Assembly (NCBI GenBank): GCA_030149025.1
Contig: JASBSH010000160.1
Span: 1-33,950 of the forward strand
DNA length: 33,950 nucleotides
Reading direction: 5' to 3'
From: Actinomycetales bacterium
GTDB taxonomy: Bacteria > Actinomycetota > Actinomycetes > Actinomycetales > BWSM-131
Below the pieces are notes generated by a model. The model searched no databases and had not been told where the DNA came from. It was given only the letters and a program-made list of their open reading frames with translations. Both the position numbers and the translations under genes were made by a program. How positions within the stretch are numbered: the first letter of the stretch is position 1; each line of letters begins with the position of its first letter. This document shows, one piece after another, positions 1-8,525 of this stretch.

Positions 1-29
1 GGCGGAGGGTCCCGCCCGCAACCGCGACA

Positions 30-521
30 GTGCCGCCAATGGTCCCTACCTTGAGGGGTAGGAGGCCGCATGTTGGAGGAGGAGCGCCACGCCGAGCAGG
101 AAGCTTGCCTCCTCAGGTGACGACTTTTCGGGCGCACGGCAACTGCCCGCTCGCGCCCCGTCTGATTGCGCCGTGCGGCGATCCGCTCGCGTTAGTCAGG
201 CGCTTCCTGCACGTGCCCTATGCGGCTCCCGCGGTGATGTCCCTTGCCCGCCTGCACCGCGCCGAGGAGACGCTGCAGCGATGGCGAGTCAAGGTCGCGG
301 ACTGGCGGGAGATGCCGTCGGCGCCCGCGCCGACCGAGACCATCGCGAGAATGCAAGAAGCCCTCGTTTCCCACGTCGACTCCGGGGCCGTTCTCATACA
401 GCTGCACCGCGTGGAGACGGACCTGCACCTGACATCGGGCGGCAAGTTCGATGTCTTCACCGGCATCGACAGGGTGCTCAGCCTCGACCTGCGTCATCTC
501 ATGGGCAGACGACCCCGATGA
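30..521 (+). CDS. Stand-alone protein resembling the C-terminal (DALR/anticodon-binding) part of actinobacterial cysteinyl-tRNA synthetase; start uncertain
   Basis: DPLAL..FL..PY....LHRAEETLQRWRVKVADW..MPS...SGGKFDVF..IDRVLSLDL matches my recollection of CysRS-like C-termini; no HIGH/KMSKS motif. A GGAGG-preceded ATG at 70 is in another frame, so a 5' frameshift is possible. Confidence 0.5.
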   Translation: MPPMVPTLRGRRPHVGGGAPRRAGSLPPQVTTFRAHGNCPLAPRLIAPCGDPLALVRRFLHVPYAAPAVMSLARLHRAEETLQRWRVKVADWREMPSAPAPTETIARMQEALVSHVDSGAVLIQLHRVETDLHLTSGGKFDVFTGIDRVLSLDLRHLMGRRPR

Positions 522-540
522 GGGCGGACCGGCTCCGGTA

Positions 541-582
541 GGCCCGCTGGGCCCCACCGGCCTAGCGCCTGCTCAGCGGGCC
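541..582. terminator. Inverted repeat between convergent genes, possible terminator
   Basis: GGCCCGCTG (541-549) and CAGCGGGCC (574-582); no U-tract. Confidence 0.25.
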
Positions 583-623
583 CGGGGAGGAAGTTGACGA
601 ATGGGTCGCTGATCAGCCGACCG

Positions 624-647
624 TCATGCTCATGCTCATGCTCATGC
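624..647. repeat. Hexamer tandem repeat (TCATGC)x4
   Basis: Read directly; overlaps the stop codon of the dynamin-like gene. Confidence 0.9.
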
Positions 648-2351
648 TCGTGTCGCCTGTGAATCCGCGCTGCCGCCCATGCGATCGAGCAGATCCTGCA
701 GCCGGTCGACTCTTGCGGCGAGAGCTTCACCGTTCTCCGCGCCGGGCTCGCCGGAACCGAGCGCACTGACGACGTCGCGCAGGTGCCCCACGGTCTGTTC
801 CAGTTGACTGGCGAGGTCCCTGGTGAGTTCCTTCCCGACCTGCTCGAGGCGGTGCTGCAGCTGCGATCGTGCCCGTCCTAGTTGCCGTTCGCACAGCAGT
901 ACAACCTCTCGCCGTGCCGCTTCCCTGAGACGTGCACGTCGAACGGGCGCTGGCTGCAACCGCACCCAAGCGCCTTGCAACGGTGGCGCCCAGCCTACCG
1001 GGATGCTGAAGTCGTAGCTGAAGCCGGTCCCGGCGTGCAGGTTCACATGGGGAGCCTCGCTGTGGAGTGCGACGTCGAAGTGCTCGCGCACCGCGTGGGT
1101 GGCGAGGTCGAGTTGGGCCGCCAGATCGCGGGTCGCGTGCTCTGCGACGACGTTGAGCTCGCGTTCCAGCCAGCTGCCCGTGCGGTCCCGCCATCGGTCG
1201 ACGTTCGAGGTGATGACGGCGTGTTGCAGTTTGTGGACGGCGCTTGGAAGGCGATCCACCGGCTGCTCGGATAGCTCATCCCAGCGACTGGTGAACTCCT
1301 CCCGGCATGCTCGTAGAACATCGATCCGGGCCTGCTCAGCACGCTGATCCAGTTCCCGGCGCAATCGCCGCAGGGACCCGCTGCAGCGGTCCTCGATGTC
1401 CGGGTTCGTGCCGGCAATCCAGGTCAGGTGTGCTACTAGTTCCGTGACGGCTCGGTTCCGGCCCTCCATGAGCAGTTCGTGTGAGCGAAGGCGCAATCGA
1501 GCGTCGTCGAGCATGCGCTGCAGCGTGCGGTACACATGGTCATGGAGGGCGTAGTGGGAGTCCCGCGTCGCGTGGGTGGCCAGGTAGGCGGTCAGTTCGG
1601 CTCGCAACCGTGCGAGCCCGCTGTCCGCGATTCCCGATCGCGCCGAGCAGGGGAACACGCGCGCCTCCGTACCGGTCACCTCTCGGCAGACCTGGCGGGT
1701 GAAGGAGATCGCTTCCTCGAGCTCGTCGGCCGACAGGCGGTCCGTCTTGTTGAGGACGACGAACGTGTAGACGGACGTCTTGTCGATCTGTTGCAGCAGG
1801 TCCCGCTCTGAGGCGGTGATGGGCGGGTCTCCGCTGAGCACCAGGATCGCGGCGTCGAGCGTCTGCAGGGCGGCGCGAGCCTCGGCCGTGTTGTGCTCGT
1901 AGATCGAGCCAATGCCCGGGGTGTCGACGAGCTCGACTGCGTGCTCGGTCAGCAGCGGTACGTGAACTCGAACCCGCACCTCTTGCGCGCCGCGGATGTT
2001 GTTCGGGTTTCCCTGCTCGGTGACGTAGTCGGCGACCTCGTTGAGCGGCAGCCGCAGCCGACGGCCGTTTGCCAGCGTCACCACCACGTGTTCGTTGTCC
2101 GGGGCGTCGGCCGGGCTGACCGTGGTGCTGACCGCCGTCACCGGCGTGACGCCGGTGGGAAGCAGGGTGCGTCCGAGCAGGGCGTTTACCAACGTGGACT
2201 TGCCACGCTTTGCCTCACCGGCCACCAGCACGCGGAGCCGCAGATCGCGGGCCCGCTGGGCAAGCTGCTGAAGACGCTTTAGGTCCTCGCCACTGGCCAG
2301 ATGAACAGCCTCAGTCAGCACGCCGCTGAACGACATCATCGGGGTCTCCAT
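642..2351 (-). CDS. Bacterial dynamin-like GTPase
   Basis: G1 GEAKRGKST, G2 region LLPTGVTPVT, G3 DTPG, G4 NKTD; long helical C-terminal stalk; 569 aa. Confidence 0.9.
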   Translation of the reverse strand: METPMMSFSGVLTEAVHLASGEDLKRLQQLAQRARDLRLRVLVAGEAKRGKSTLVNALLGRTLLPTGVTPVTAVSTTVSPADAPDNEHVVVTLANGRRLRLPLNEVADYVTEQGNPNNIRGAQEVRVRVHVPLLTEHAVELVDTPGIGSIYEHNTAEARAALQTLDAAILVLSGDPPITASERDLLQQIDKTSVYTFVVLNKTDRLSADELEEAISFTRQVCREVTGTEARVFPCSARSGIADSGLARLRAELTAYLATHATRDSHYALHDHVYRTLQRMLDDARLRLRSHELLMEGRNRAVTELVAHLTWIAGTNPDIEDRCSGSLRRLRRELDQRAEQARIDVLRACREEFTSRWDELSEQPVDRLPSAVHKLQHAVITSNVDRWRDRTGSWLERELNVVAEHATRDLAAQLDLATHAVREHFDVALHSEAPHVNLHAGTGFSYDFSIPVGWAPPLQGAWVRLQPAPVRRARLREAARREVVLLCERQLGRARSQLQHRLEQVGKELTRDLASQLEQTVGHLRDVVSALGSGEPGAENGEALAARVDRLQDLLDRMGGSADSQATRA

Positions 2352-2352
2352 A

Positions 2353-3651
2353 TCAGCCTCGAAGTCTCTGGCCGGTGCTGACCGCGACGGCGAGCAGCAT
2401 CCAACCGGCGGCGTAGGCGAACGCGGCGGTAGGGCTGAAAAGAGTCCACAGAGCGCCGACGATCACTGACGCTCCCAGATCGCCGAACGACTGAACGAGG
2501 CCGAGCACCCCGAACCCGTTGCCACGCAGCTCGTCGGGCAAGGCCAGAGCGACCCGGGCGGTTTCGGCGGTCTCGGCCGTCCCGATGCCGGCCCCGGCCA
2601 GGACGAAGGCCACCAGGAGGACCGGCCATGTTGCCTGCGGTAGCGCGAACCCGGCGTATGCGATCGCGTACAGGCCGGCGCCGAGGGCGAACACGGGCAG
2701 TGGCCCCCGACGGTCGATGCCGCGCCCACCGAACAGCGCCGTGAGCGCCGCGGCCGCGTTGTGCCCCGCGTACATCAAGATCGCGACGCTCGTCGCGGCG
2801 GTGAGGGACCGGCTGCCGGTATACAACAGCTCCGTGGCTCTCAGGATGAGCAGGGTGGCGGCGACGTTACCGAGCTCGAACGGCAGGATCGGCGCCAGAA
2901 CCCGGGCGAGCCCGGCGCGGCGCAGCTGACCGAGGTTGAGGCTGAGCCGTTGGCGTGCGGCGGCGGTGGTCACGACGCGTTTGGCTTCCCGACCGGCGAC
3001 GGTGATGGCGGCAGCGGCGAACAGACCTGGGATGACGGCGAACAGCATGGCCACCCTGATGCTGGTGACGCTGATCAGAGCCGATGCCAGCAGTGGCCCG
3101 ATCAACGCCCCGAGGTTGTCGCCCGCCCTTTCCAATCCGGCGGCACGCCCGAAGGCTCGCCGGGGCACGAGCGAGACCAGCAGCGCGTCCCGGGCCGGTG
3201 ACCGCAGACCGCGCGAGACCCACGCCGCAGCCCGCAGGGCGCCGGCCTGCCAGACGGTAGCGGCCAGGGCGATGGCGCCGGTCGCCAGAGCCGTGAACAG
3301 GTAACCGCCGACGGCCAGGCGGGCGCGGCGGTCCCGGTCGGCGCTGAGCGGTCCGCCCGCGAGCTTGCTGAGCCCGACGAGGGCGTCGGCGACGCCCTCG
3401 ATCGCTCCGAGAGCCGCCGGTCCGGCGTGCAGCGTGGAGGTGAGGAACGTGGGCAGCAGGCTTGTGGTGAGCTCATGGCCGGCGTCGCTGCCCAAGGACG
3501 CGGCGCCGACGGACAGCACCCCCGGGGTCAACCAGGTTCGGGACCCGTCAGCGTCGTCCCCCGTGGTGGCCGCGTGATCGGGCTCAGCACTGATGGGAAC
3601 CCGGTCTTCGCCCGGGTCCGGCGTCAGATGACGGCGCTGGTCAGAGCCCAT
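2353..3651 (-). CDS. MFS transporter (start approximate)
   Basis: About 12 hydrophobic segments; SDAGHELTTSLLP, GPLSADRDRR, RGLRSPARDALL, GRAAGLERAGDNLGA motifs; in-frame ATG at 3651 overlaps the crcB stop; the ORF-track extension to 4083 looks spurious. Confidence 0.85.
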   Translation of the reverse strand: MGSDQRRHLTPDPGEDRVPISAEPDHAATTGDDADGSRTWLTPGVLSVGAASLGSDAGHELTTSLLPTFLTSTLHAGPAALGAIEGVADALVGLSKLAGGPLSADRDRRARLAVGGYLFTALATGAIALAATVWQAGALRAAAWVSRGLRSPARDALLVSLVPRRAFGRAAGLERAGDNLGALIGPLLASALISVTSIRVAMLFAVIPGLFAAAAITVAGREAKRVVTTAAARQRLSLNLGQLRRAGLARVLAPILPFELGNVAATLLILRATELLYTGSRSLTAATSVAILMYAGHNAAAALTALFGGRGIDRRGPLPVFALGAGLYAIAYAGFALPQATWPVLLVAFVLAGAGIGTAETAETARVALALPDELRGNGFGVLGLVQSFGDLGASVIVGALWTLFSPTAAFAYAAGWMLLAVAVSTGQRLRG

Positions 3652-3995
3652 GACCCGGTGGCGGTGAGAAGGCCGACGACGAGACTGAGGGACGCGTTCA
3701 CGGCGGCCTCCAGGAGGGAGCCTTCCTCGAGCAGGCGGACGGTCTCGAAGCTGAATGTGGAGAAGGTAGTCAGAGCACCGGACAGGCCGGTACCGAGCAG
3801 GGCCAGGGACCATCCCGGCGCAGCGCCGGACGCAGTGGCTGCTGCTACGGCCCCGAGGAGGGCGGAGCCGGCAACGTTGACGCTGAACGTGCCCCAGGGG
3901 TAGACGCTGTCGTGCCGGGTCTGAATGAACCGGTCGGTTAGGTATCGCATTGGGGCTCCCACTGCCCCACCGACGATCACCAGGAGCAGAGTCAC
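3624..3995 (-). CDS. crcB: Fluoride efflux channel Fluc/CrcB (second subunit)
   Basis: [35 protein letters not shown]; 123 aa, 4 TM segments. Confidence 0.95.
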   Translation of the reverse strand: MTLLLVIVGGAVGAPMRYLTDRFIQTRHDSVYPWGTFSVNVAGSALLGAVAAATASGAAPGWSLALLGTGLSGALTTFSTFSFETVRLLEEGSLLEAAVNASLSLVVGLLTATGSWALTSAVI

Positions 3996-4348
3996 GACGG
4001 TTGGTGTTCCGTCGTGACGGCGCCCACGTACTTGACGACGTCAACAGGGTCGAGCATGACCAGGCCCTCGGTGATGAGCTCATCGATCTGCGGGAGGAAC
4101 GCCCGGATCCGGTCGTCGGCGTCCACGATGACGATCGACACCGGCAGGTCCTCCGACAGGGACAGCAGCCGGGTGGTGTGGATCAGGCTCGACTTGCCGT
4201 AGCCCTCCACCCCCCGGAAGACGCTCGCGCCGGCGAGGCCGAAGCGGTGCGCGCGGTGGACGATTTCGGTGTACACCGGCCTGTGGTGCCATTGGTCTGA
4301 CTCCCTGACCAGGACGGTGAGTCGCAATGCCGGGCCTTGCAGAGTCAT
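3992..4348 (-). CDS. DUF190 family PII-like protein
   Basis: [45 protein letters not shown]; typical crcB neighbour; 4-bp overlaps on both sides. Confidence 0.92.
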   Translation of the reverse strand: MTLQGPALRLTVLVRESDQWHHRPVYTEIVHRAHRFGLAGASVFRGVEGYGKSSLIHTTRLLSLSEDLPVSIVIVDADDRIRAFLPQIDELITEGLVMLDPVDVVKYVGAVTTEHQPS

Positions 4349-4890
4349 CGCTTCCTCCCTCGGTTATCCGCGACGTTCCGTCGCAGTTCTCGCGTCTTCG
4401 CGCCGAGCCGTCTGGAGGCGCTCACCAGGAGCCGGCCGGTGAGCAGGCCGCTCCACAGCGCCAGCAACCCGACGATCAGCGTTCCGCCCAGATACATCGC
4501 TGCAACACCGGGCTGGCCGTGGCCGATCAGGGTCCACGTATCGAGCATGTAGGCGGAGAAGGTCGTGAAACCGCCAAGGACACCCACTCCGAAGAACGGC
4601 CGCAGGTACCGACCCGGTTGCCACACCTCCAGCACGAAAACCATGAAGATGCCGAGCACTGCGCTGCCCAAGACGTTCACCGCCACGGTGCTCCACGGCA
4701 GTTCGCCTGGGGCGTGAGGCAGCAACCCCGAGATGCCGTACCTGGCGGCGCTGCCCAGCGCGCCGCCGAGCGCGATGACGAGCAGGATGTCCCACCGGTG
4801 CCGCACCGCCCTGGCGCCTGCACGAACCCGAGTCGTCGCGGTGGCTGGCTGCTGGACTGGCAGCGTCCTGGAGGACGGCCCGGCCGTCAT
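4345..4890 (-). CDS. crcB: Fluoride efflux channel Fluc/CrcB (first subunit)
   Basis: [41 protein letters not shown]. Confidence 0.93.
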   Translation of the reverse strand: MTAGPSSRTLPVQQPATATTRVRAGARAVRHRWDILLVIALGGALGSAARYGISGLLPHAPGELPWSTVAVNVLGSAVLGIFMVFVLEVWQPGRYLRPFFGVGVLGGFTTFSAYMLDTWTLIGHGQPGVAAMYLGGTLIVGLLALWSGLLTGRLLVSASRRLGAKTRELRRNVADNRGRKR

Positions 4891-4979
4891 GCCAACTCCC
4901 GGACGCCTGTGCGGACGTCAACCCGGTTCGGCATGACGTCGGCGTACATGGGACGGCGCGATGCGCTGATGGTTGGCAT
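4887..4979 (-). CDS. 30-aa leader [33 protein letters not shown], translationally coupled to crcB
   Basis: GGGAGAG SD-like sequence just before ATG 4979; its TGA overlaps the crcB ATG (ATGA, 4887-4890); too short for the ORF track. Confidence 0.6.
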   Translation of the reverse strand: MPTISASRRPMYADVMPNRVDVRTGVRELA

Positions 4980-4995
4980 AACTCTCCCTACCCGT

Positions 4996-5050
4996 TGGAT
5001 AGGGACTGTTGGCGACTTCGTCGCGGTTGTCGGCGAGCCCCACCGCCGTC
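4996..5050 (-). promoter_or_regulatory. Fluoride riboswitch (crcB RNA motif)
   Basis: Minus strand reads GGCGGTGGGGCTCGCC-gac-AACCGCGACGAAGTCGCCAACAGTCCCTAT: P1 GGCG/CGCC, pseudoknot GGGGCT/AGTCCC, hairpin GCGAC/GTCGC; directly upstream of the crcB operon. Confidence 0.88.
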
Positions 5051-5128
5051 GAGATCAGATTACCGGACCCGGGCCGGCCGGCCCCATCGCGCGGCTGCGC
5101 TGGATGAGCGGTCAGGCGGGGCGAGTCG

Positions 5129-6631
5129 CTATGCGGTGGTCTGCTCAGCCCCGAACACGGTGTCCCATAGATCCACCGCGTGACTCGTGGCCGCCGGGCT
5201 GCCCGGCAGGATGCGGAAGGTTCGGGTGCCGTCGTCGCTGCGCTCGGCATGCAGCGGCAGGACACGCGCGTCTTCTGACTCGGTGAACGCATGCGCCAGG
5301 GCGTACATGTGGGTCACGTACGCCACACGGACCGCCCGGTCCATCAGAGCGGTGACCACGTCGGTGGCGATCGCAGTTCCCTCGTGTTCGTAGGTGGAGG
5401 CGAACGACTCGTTGAGCAGCACCAGGCCCCCGGCAGGCAGCCTGTCGACCAGGCCACTCATCCGCCGCAGTTCCTCGTCCAGCTTGCCGCTGGTCATCGA
5501 GGCGTCCTCCTCGCGACGGAAATGCGTGAACACCCCGGTGCGAAGATCGAGGGTCGCCTGCTCGGCGGCCACCGGCATCCCTGCCTGCGCCATCATCTGA
5601 GCCAGGCCGAGGCTACGCAGGAACGTGGACTTACCGCCGCTGTTGGCGCCCGTGATCAGCAGCAGCAGCTTGCCGTCTCCTTCCACATCGTTGCCCACCA
5701 CAGGACCACCGGTCCGGAGAGCCAGGGCCGGGTCCCGGAGCCCGCGGGCGGTCAGCCGACCATCGCCGGCCGGTGTGACGGTGGGCAGGCAGGTCGGAGT
5801 GCCGGTGTCGACCAGTGCCTGATCCAGGTTGACACAGCCGAGGTAGAAGGCCGTTTGCGTTCGCAGCTCGGTCAGCCAGCCGAGGATGTGGCGGGCGGAC
5901 CGGTCCAGCACCTCGGCGACCTGCCCCACGGACCGGTCCCGCATGGCGGACAGCGCGTCCGCGCCGGCGTCGTCGCGCGGTGGGATGACGAACGTGTAGG
6001 CGTGCCCCAGTGGTGGAGGGGCCAGCTCCTTCCAGGGTCGGTGGGCTGGAGGCCGGTGCAGCTCGTATCCCCGCACTGAGTTCCACTTACCGAGGTGGGC
6101 GTCTACCGAGATTGCCTCGGAGCGCAGCGCTCGCAGGTACTCCGAGACCTCGTCCAGGTAGTCCTCCGCGAGGTCGTGCGCCTGGCGCTCCAGCAAGCCC
6201 TGCAGGGGGGCGGACTGCACGAGGTCGCGGTTGTCCTCGGCCAGCCGACGCAGCTCTCGCAGGTGATCCATCAGCACGCTGACCACGTCGACCGCGCGCC
6301 GCAGGGCCGCGGTGGAGTGGGTCTGGGTGAACCAGGAGCGCCGTACCCCACGCTCGGCCTCGAGCGCCTCCACGGTGCACCGGTACAGGTCGCGGATCAG
6401 GGCAGGCTGGGCCAGCACGTCGGTGAGCACCTGGTGCCGGTGCTGAACCTGCTCCACCGTCGTGGCTGGGTTTAGCAGAGCGTTGCTGACCACATCGGCG
6501 ATGAAACGATCACCCGAAGCAGCTGCGTTGATCACCACGTCCAGGCCTAGGTCCTGAACGAGGTCGTTGGCGTGGCTCGGCACGGGAAGGTGGCGGGTCT
6601 CCTCGCCCGGGTTCATCAACTGCACCTTCAC
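5129..6631 (-). CDS. MutS-related ATPase (MutS domain V; MutS4-type, downstream subunit)
   Basis: Walker A GANSGGKST, FTHFRREED, SGKLDEELRRM, Walker B LLNESFAST, VTH; no mismatch-binding domain and no Smr domain. Confidence 0.88.
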   Translation of the reverse strand: MKVQLMNPGEETRHLPVPSHANDLVQDLGLDVVINAAASGDRFIADVVSNALLNPATTVEQVQHRHQVLTDVLAQPALIRDLYRCTVEALEAERGVRRSWFTQTHSTAALRRAVDVVSVLMDHLRELRRLAEDNRDLVQSAPLQGLLERQAHDLAEDYLDEVSEYLRALRSEAISVDAHLGKWNSVRGYELHRPPAHRPWKELAPPPLGHAYTFVIPPRDDAGADALSAMRDRSVGQVAEVLDRSARHILGWLTELRTQTAFYLGCVNLDQALVDTGTPTCLPTVTPAGDGRLTARGLRDPALALRTGGPVVGNDVEGDGKLLLLITGANSGGKSTFLRSLGLAQMMAQAGMPVAAEQATLDLRTGVFTHFRREEDASMTSGKLDEELRRMSGLVDRLPAGGLVLLNESFASTYEHEGTAIATDVVTALMDRAVRVAYVTHMYALAHAFTESEDARVLPLHAERSDDGTRTFRILPGSPAATSHAVDLWDTVFGAEQTTA

Positions 6632-8229
6632 GTCTGGATCCTCTCGGTCAGCTGCGCGTACCTGAGCCCGTACCGGGAGGCCAGGGCCAACGCGTGGGCG
6701 GTGCCGTTGGCAGGTCGCCTGGTGACCTTGAACGTCCGCACCGTCGGGTCGCGGGGGTCCACCTCCGCCAGCATGCTGACGGTCGCGGGACCCAGCTCGC
6801 TCAGAGCGTCCAGGAAGGTCACGTAGACGGTGGTGATCCGCCGTTCGACCAGGTTGGTGAGGACCCGCCGGCCCAGCTCCAGGGCGTCGGTGAGGGATGT
6901 AGAGGTGAAGATCTCGTTGATCACCACCAGGCTTCGAGGTGTTGCCCGCTCGAGCAGGCTCTTGAGCCGGCGTAGGTCGGACTCCAGCTTGCCGCTCGGG
7001 TCGCTCAGGTCCTCAGCCTGCTCGAAGTGGGTCAACACAGCATCGACGAGCGGGACGGTGACACGCCGTCCCGGCACAGGCACCCCGATCGCCGCCAGGT
7101 GATGGACCTGTCCGACCATTCGGGCGAAGGTGGTCTTTCCGCCCTGGTTGGGGCCAGTCACCACCAGCACCCGTTCTGGCCCGGTCAGCTCGGCGTCGTT
7201 ACAGACCACCTCACCTCCCGTCGATGTCGACTTCGCAGCCAGTGCCAGGTCGAACGAGTCGGTCAGGCACACCTCGGCTCCCCCGGCACGGACCTCCGGG
7301 TAGCAGAACGGCATGCCGACTCGCGTCAACGGGTTGATGAAGTCCAGGTAAGACAAGAAGAACCGCAGCTCTTCGTCCCATCGCCGCACCCGCTCGTCGA
7401 TGAAGTCCTGGTGCTCCAGGCAGTGCTCTGCGAGTGCTCGGAATGGCTCCGGGTGCAGGCGCGCCACGAGGTTGACGACCTGGGCTTCCACATGGGTTGT
7501 ACCGGGGTCCTTGACGGGATCGACCCCGGCACTCGAGGTATCGCCCTCCATTCGGAACCGGTCGAACAGCTCCTCGACCTCGGCCGGGAAGTCCCTGCCG
7601 CCGATCGGCGGCACGACCGTCACCCGGTCGGTTCGCAGCCGCATCCCGAACCGCACATCAGCAAGGTCGGCCAGCACCCGTGCCGTCTGCTGTGTCATCG
7701 TTCGAAAGCCCGGGGAGTCCACGTACCCGCCCAGTTGCTCACGCACCAGCTGGAGGGCCACCGAGCGCAGGTTGGCCCGGGTGAGGGCGACGGACAGACG
7801 CGTCGTGGCATCGCAGTAGCCATCGATCGCCTCCACGTGCCAGCGACGAGCGTGCCAGCGGAACCAGTCACTCGCGCGCCGTTCCCGCTGCAGGGCCAGC
7901 CGCACCGCCGCCATGTTGTCCCGGAACCGACGCAGCGCTTCCTGCAGGTCCTCGTCCTCCAGGTCGCGAAACACATCCTGACGCCAAAGAACCTGATCAA
8001 CATCAGTGAGCACGCGACTCAGGAGGTCGTGAAGTGGGGTGTCCGAACGACCACCCACGATCGTGCTGAGCACCTGATCGAGGTTCAGATCGACCAACGT
8101 CGCTCGGAACGCCGCGGAGCCGGACGATGCACCAGGCGACGTCAGCAGACTTGCGACAGAGTCGTTCTCACGCCCCTGCTCGGCTTCCTGATCGGTGACT
8201 CTTACCCACTCGACTGCACCAGATCCCAT
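6628..8229 (-). CDS. MutS-related ATPase (MutS domain V; MutS4-type, upstream subunit)
   Basis: Walker A GPNQGGKTT, LTHFEQAED, SGKLESDLRRL, VINEIFTST, VTFLD; stop overlaps partner start (GTGA). Confidence 0.88.
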   Translation of the reverse strand: MGSGAVEWVRVTDQEAEQGRENDSVASLLTSPGASSGSAAFRATLVDLNLDQVLSTIVGGRSDTPLHDLLSRVLTDVDQVLWRQDVFRDLEDEDLQEALRRFRDNMAAVRLALQRERRASDWFRWHARRWHVEAIDGYCDATTRLSVALTRANLRSVALQLVREQLGGYVDSPGFRTMTQQTARVLADLADVRFGMRLRTDRVTVVPPIGGRDFPAEVEELFDRFRMEGDTSSAGVDPVKDPGTTHVEAQVVNLVARLHPEPFRALAEHCLEHQDFIDERVRRWDEELRFFLSYLDFINPLTRVGMPFCYPEVRAGGAEVCLTDSFDLALAAKSTSTGGEVVCNDAELTGPERVLVVTGPNQGGKTTFARMVGQVHHLAAIGVPVPGRRVTVPLVDAVLTHFEQAEDLSDPSGKLESDLRRLKSLLERATPRSLVVINEIFTSTSLTDALELGRRVLTNLVERRITTVYVTFLDALSELGPATVSMLAEVDPRDPTVRTFKVTRRPANGTAHALALASRYGLRYAQLTERIQT

Positions 8230-8387
8230 CGGTCCACCTGCACGCTCGTGTCGTGTCAGGGACCGTCAGCGGTGCTCCGCGGTGTCCGGCGAGCCCCATC
8301 GCCGCATCAACACGGTACGACAGTGACCTGACCGGTGCCAGTCGACGGGATCGACGGCGCCTCACACGCCACTGACCTGTGAAAATG

Positions 8388-8464
8388 TGGGGTGAGTGAC
8401 GGGACTTGAACCCGCGACATCCTGGACCACAACCAGGTGCTCTACCAGCTGAGCTACACCCACC
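8388..8464 (-). tRNA. tRNA-His (GTG)
   Basis: GGTGGGTGTAGCTCAGCTGGTAGAGCACCTGGTTGTGGTCCAGG...GGTTCAAGTCCCGTCACTCACCCCA; G-1 and encoded CCA. Confidence 0.97.
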
Positions 8465-8525
8465 ACGCCCCGGACCCGGCAGAGAACTGGCTCAACGGAG
8501 CCCGAGCGCAGAACGAGTGTAGCGG

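Noticed and set aside
494-766. His/Glu-repeat metal-binding ORF (HEHEHEH)
   Set aside because: Arises from the hexamer repeat in an alternate frame overlapping two other ORFs
5129-8229. Canonical mismatch-repair mutS or mutS2
   Set aside because: Too short, no mismatch-binding or Smr domain, no mutL in the window
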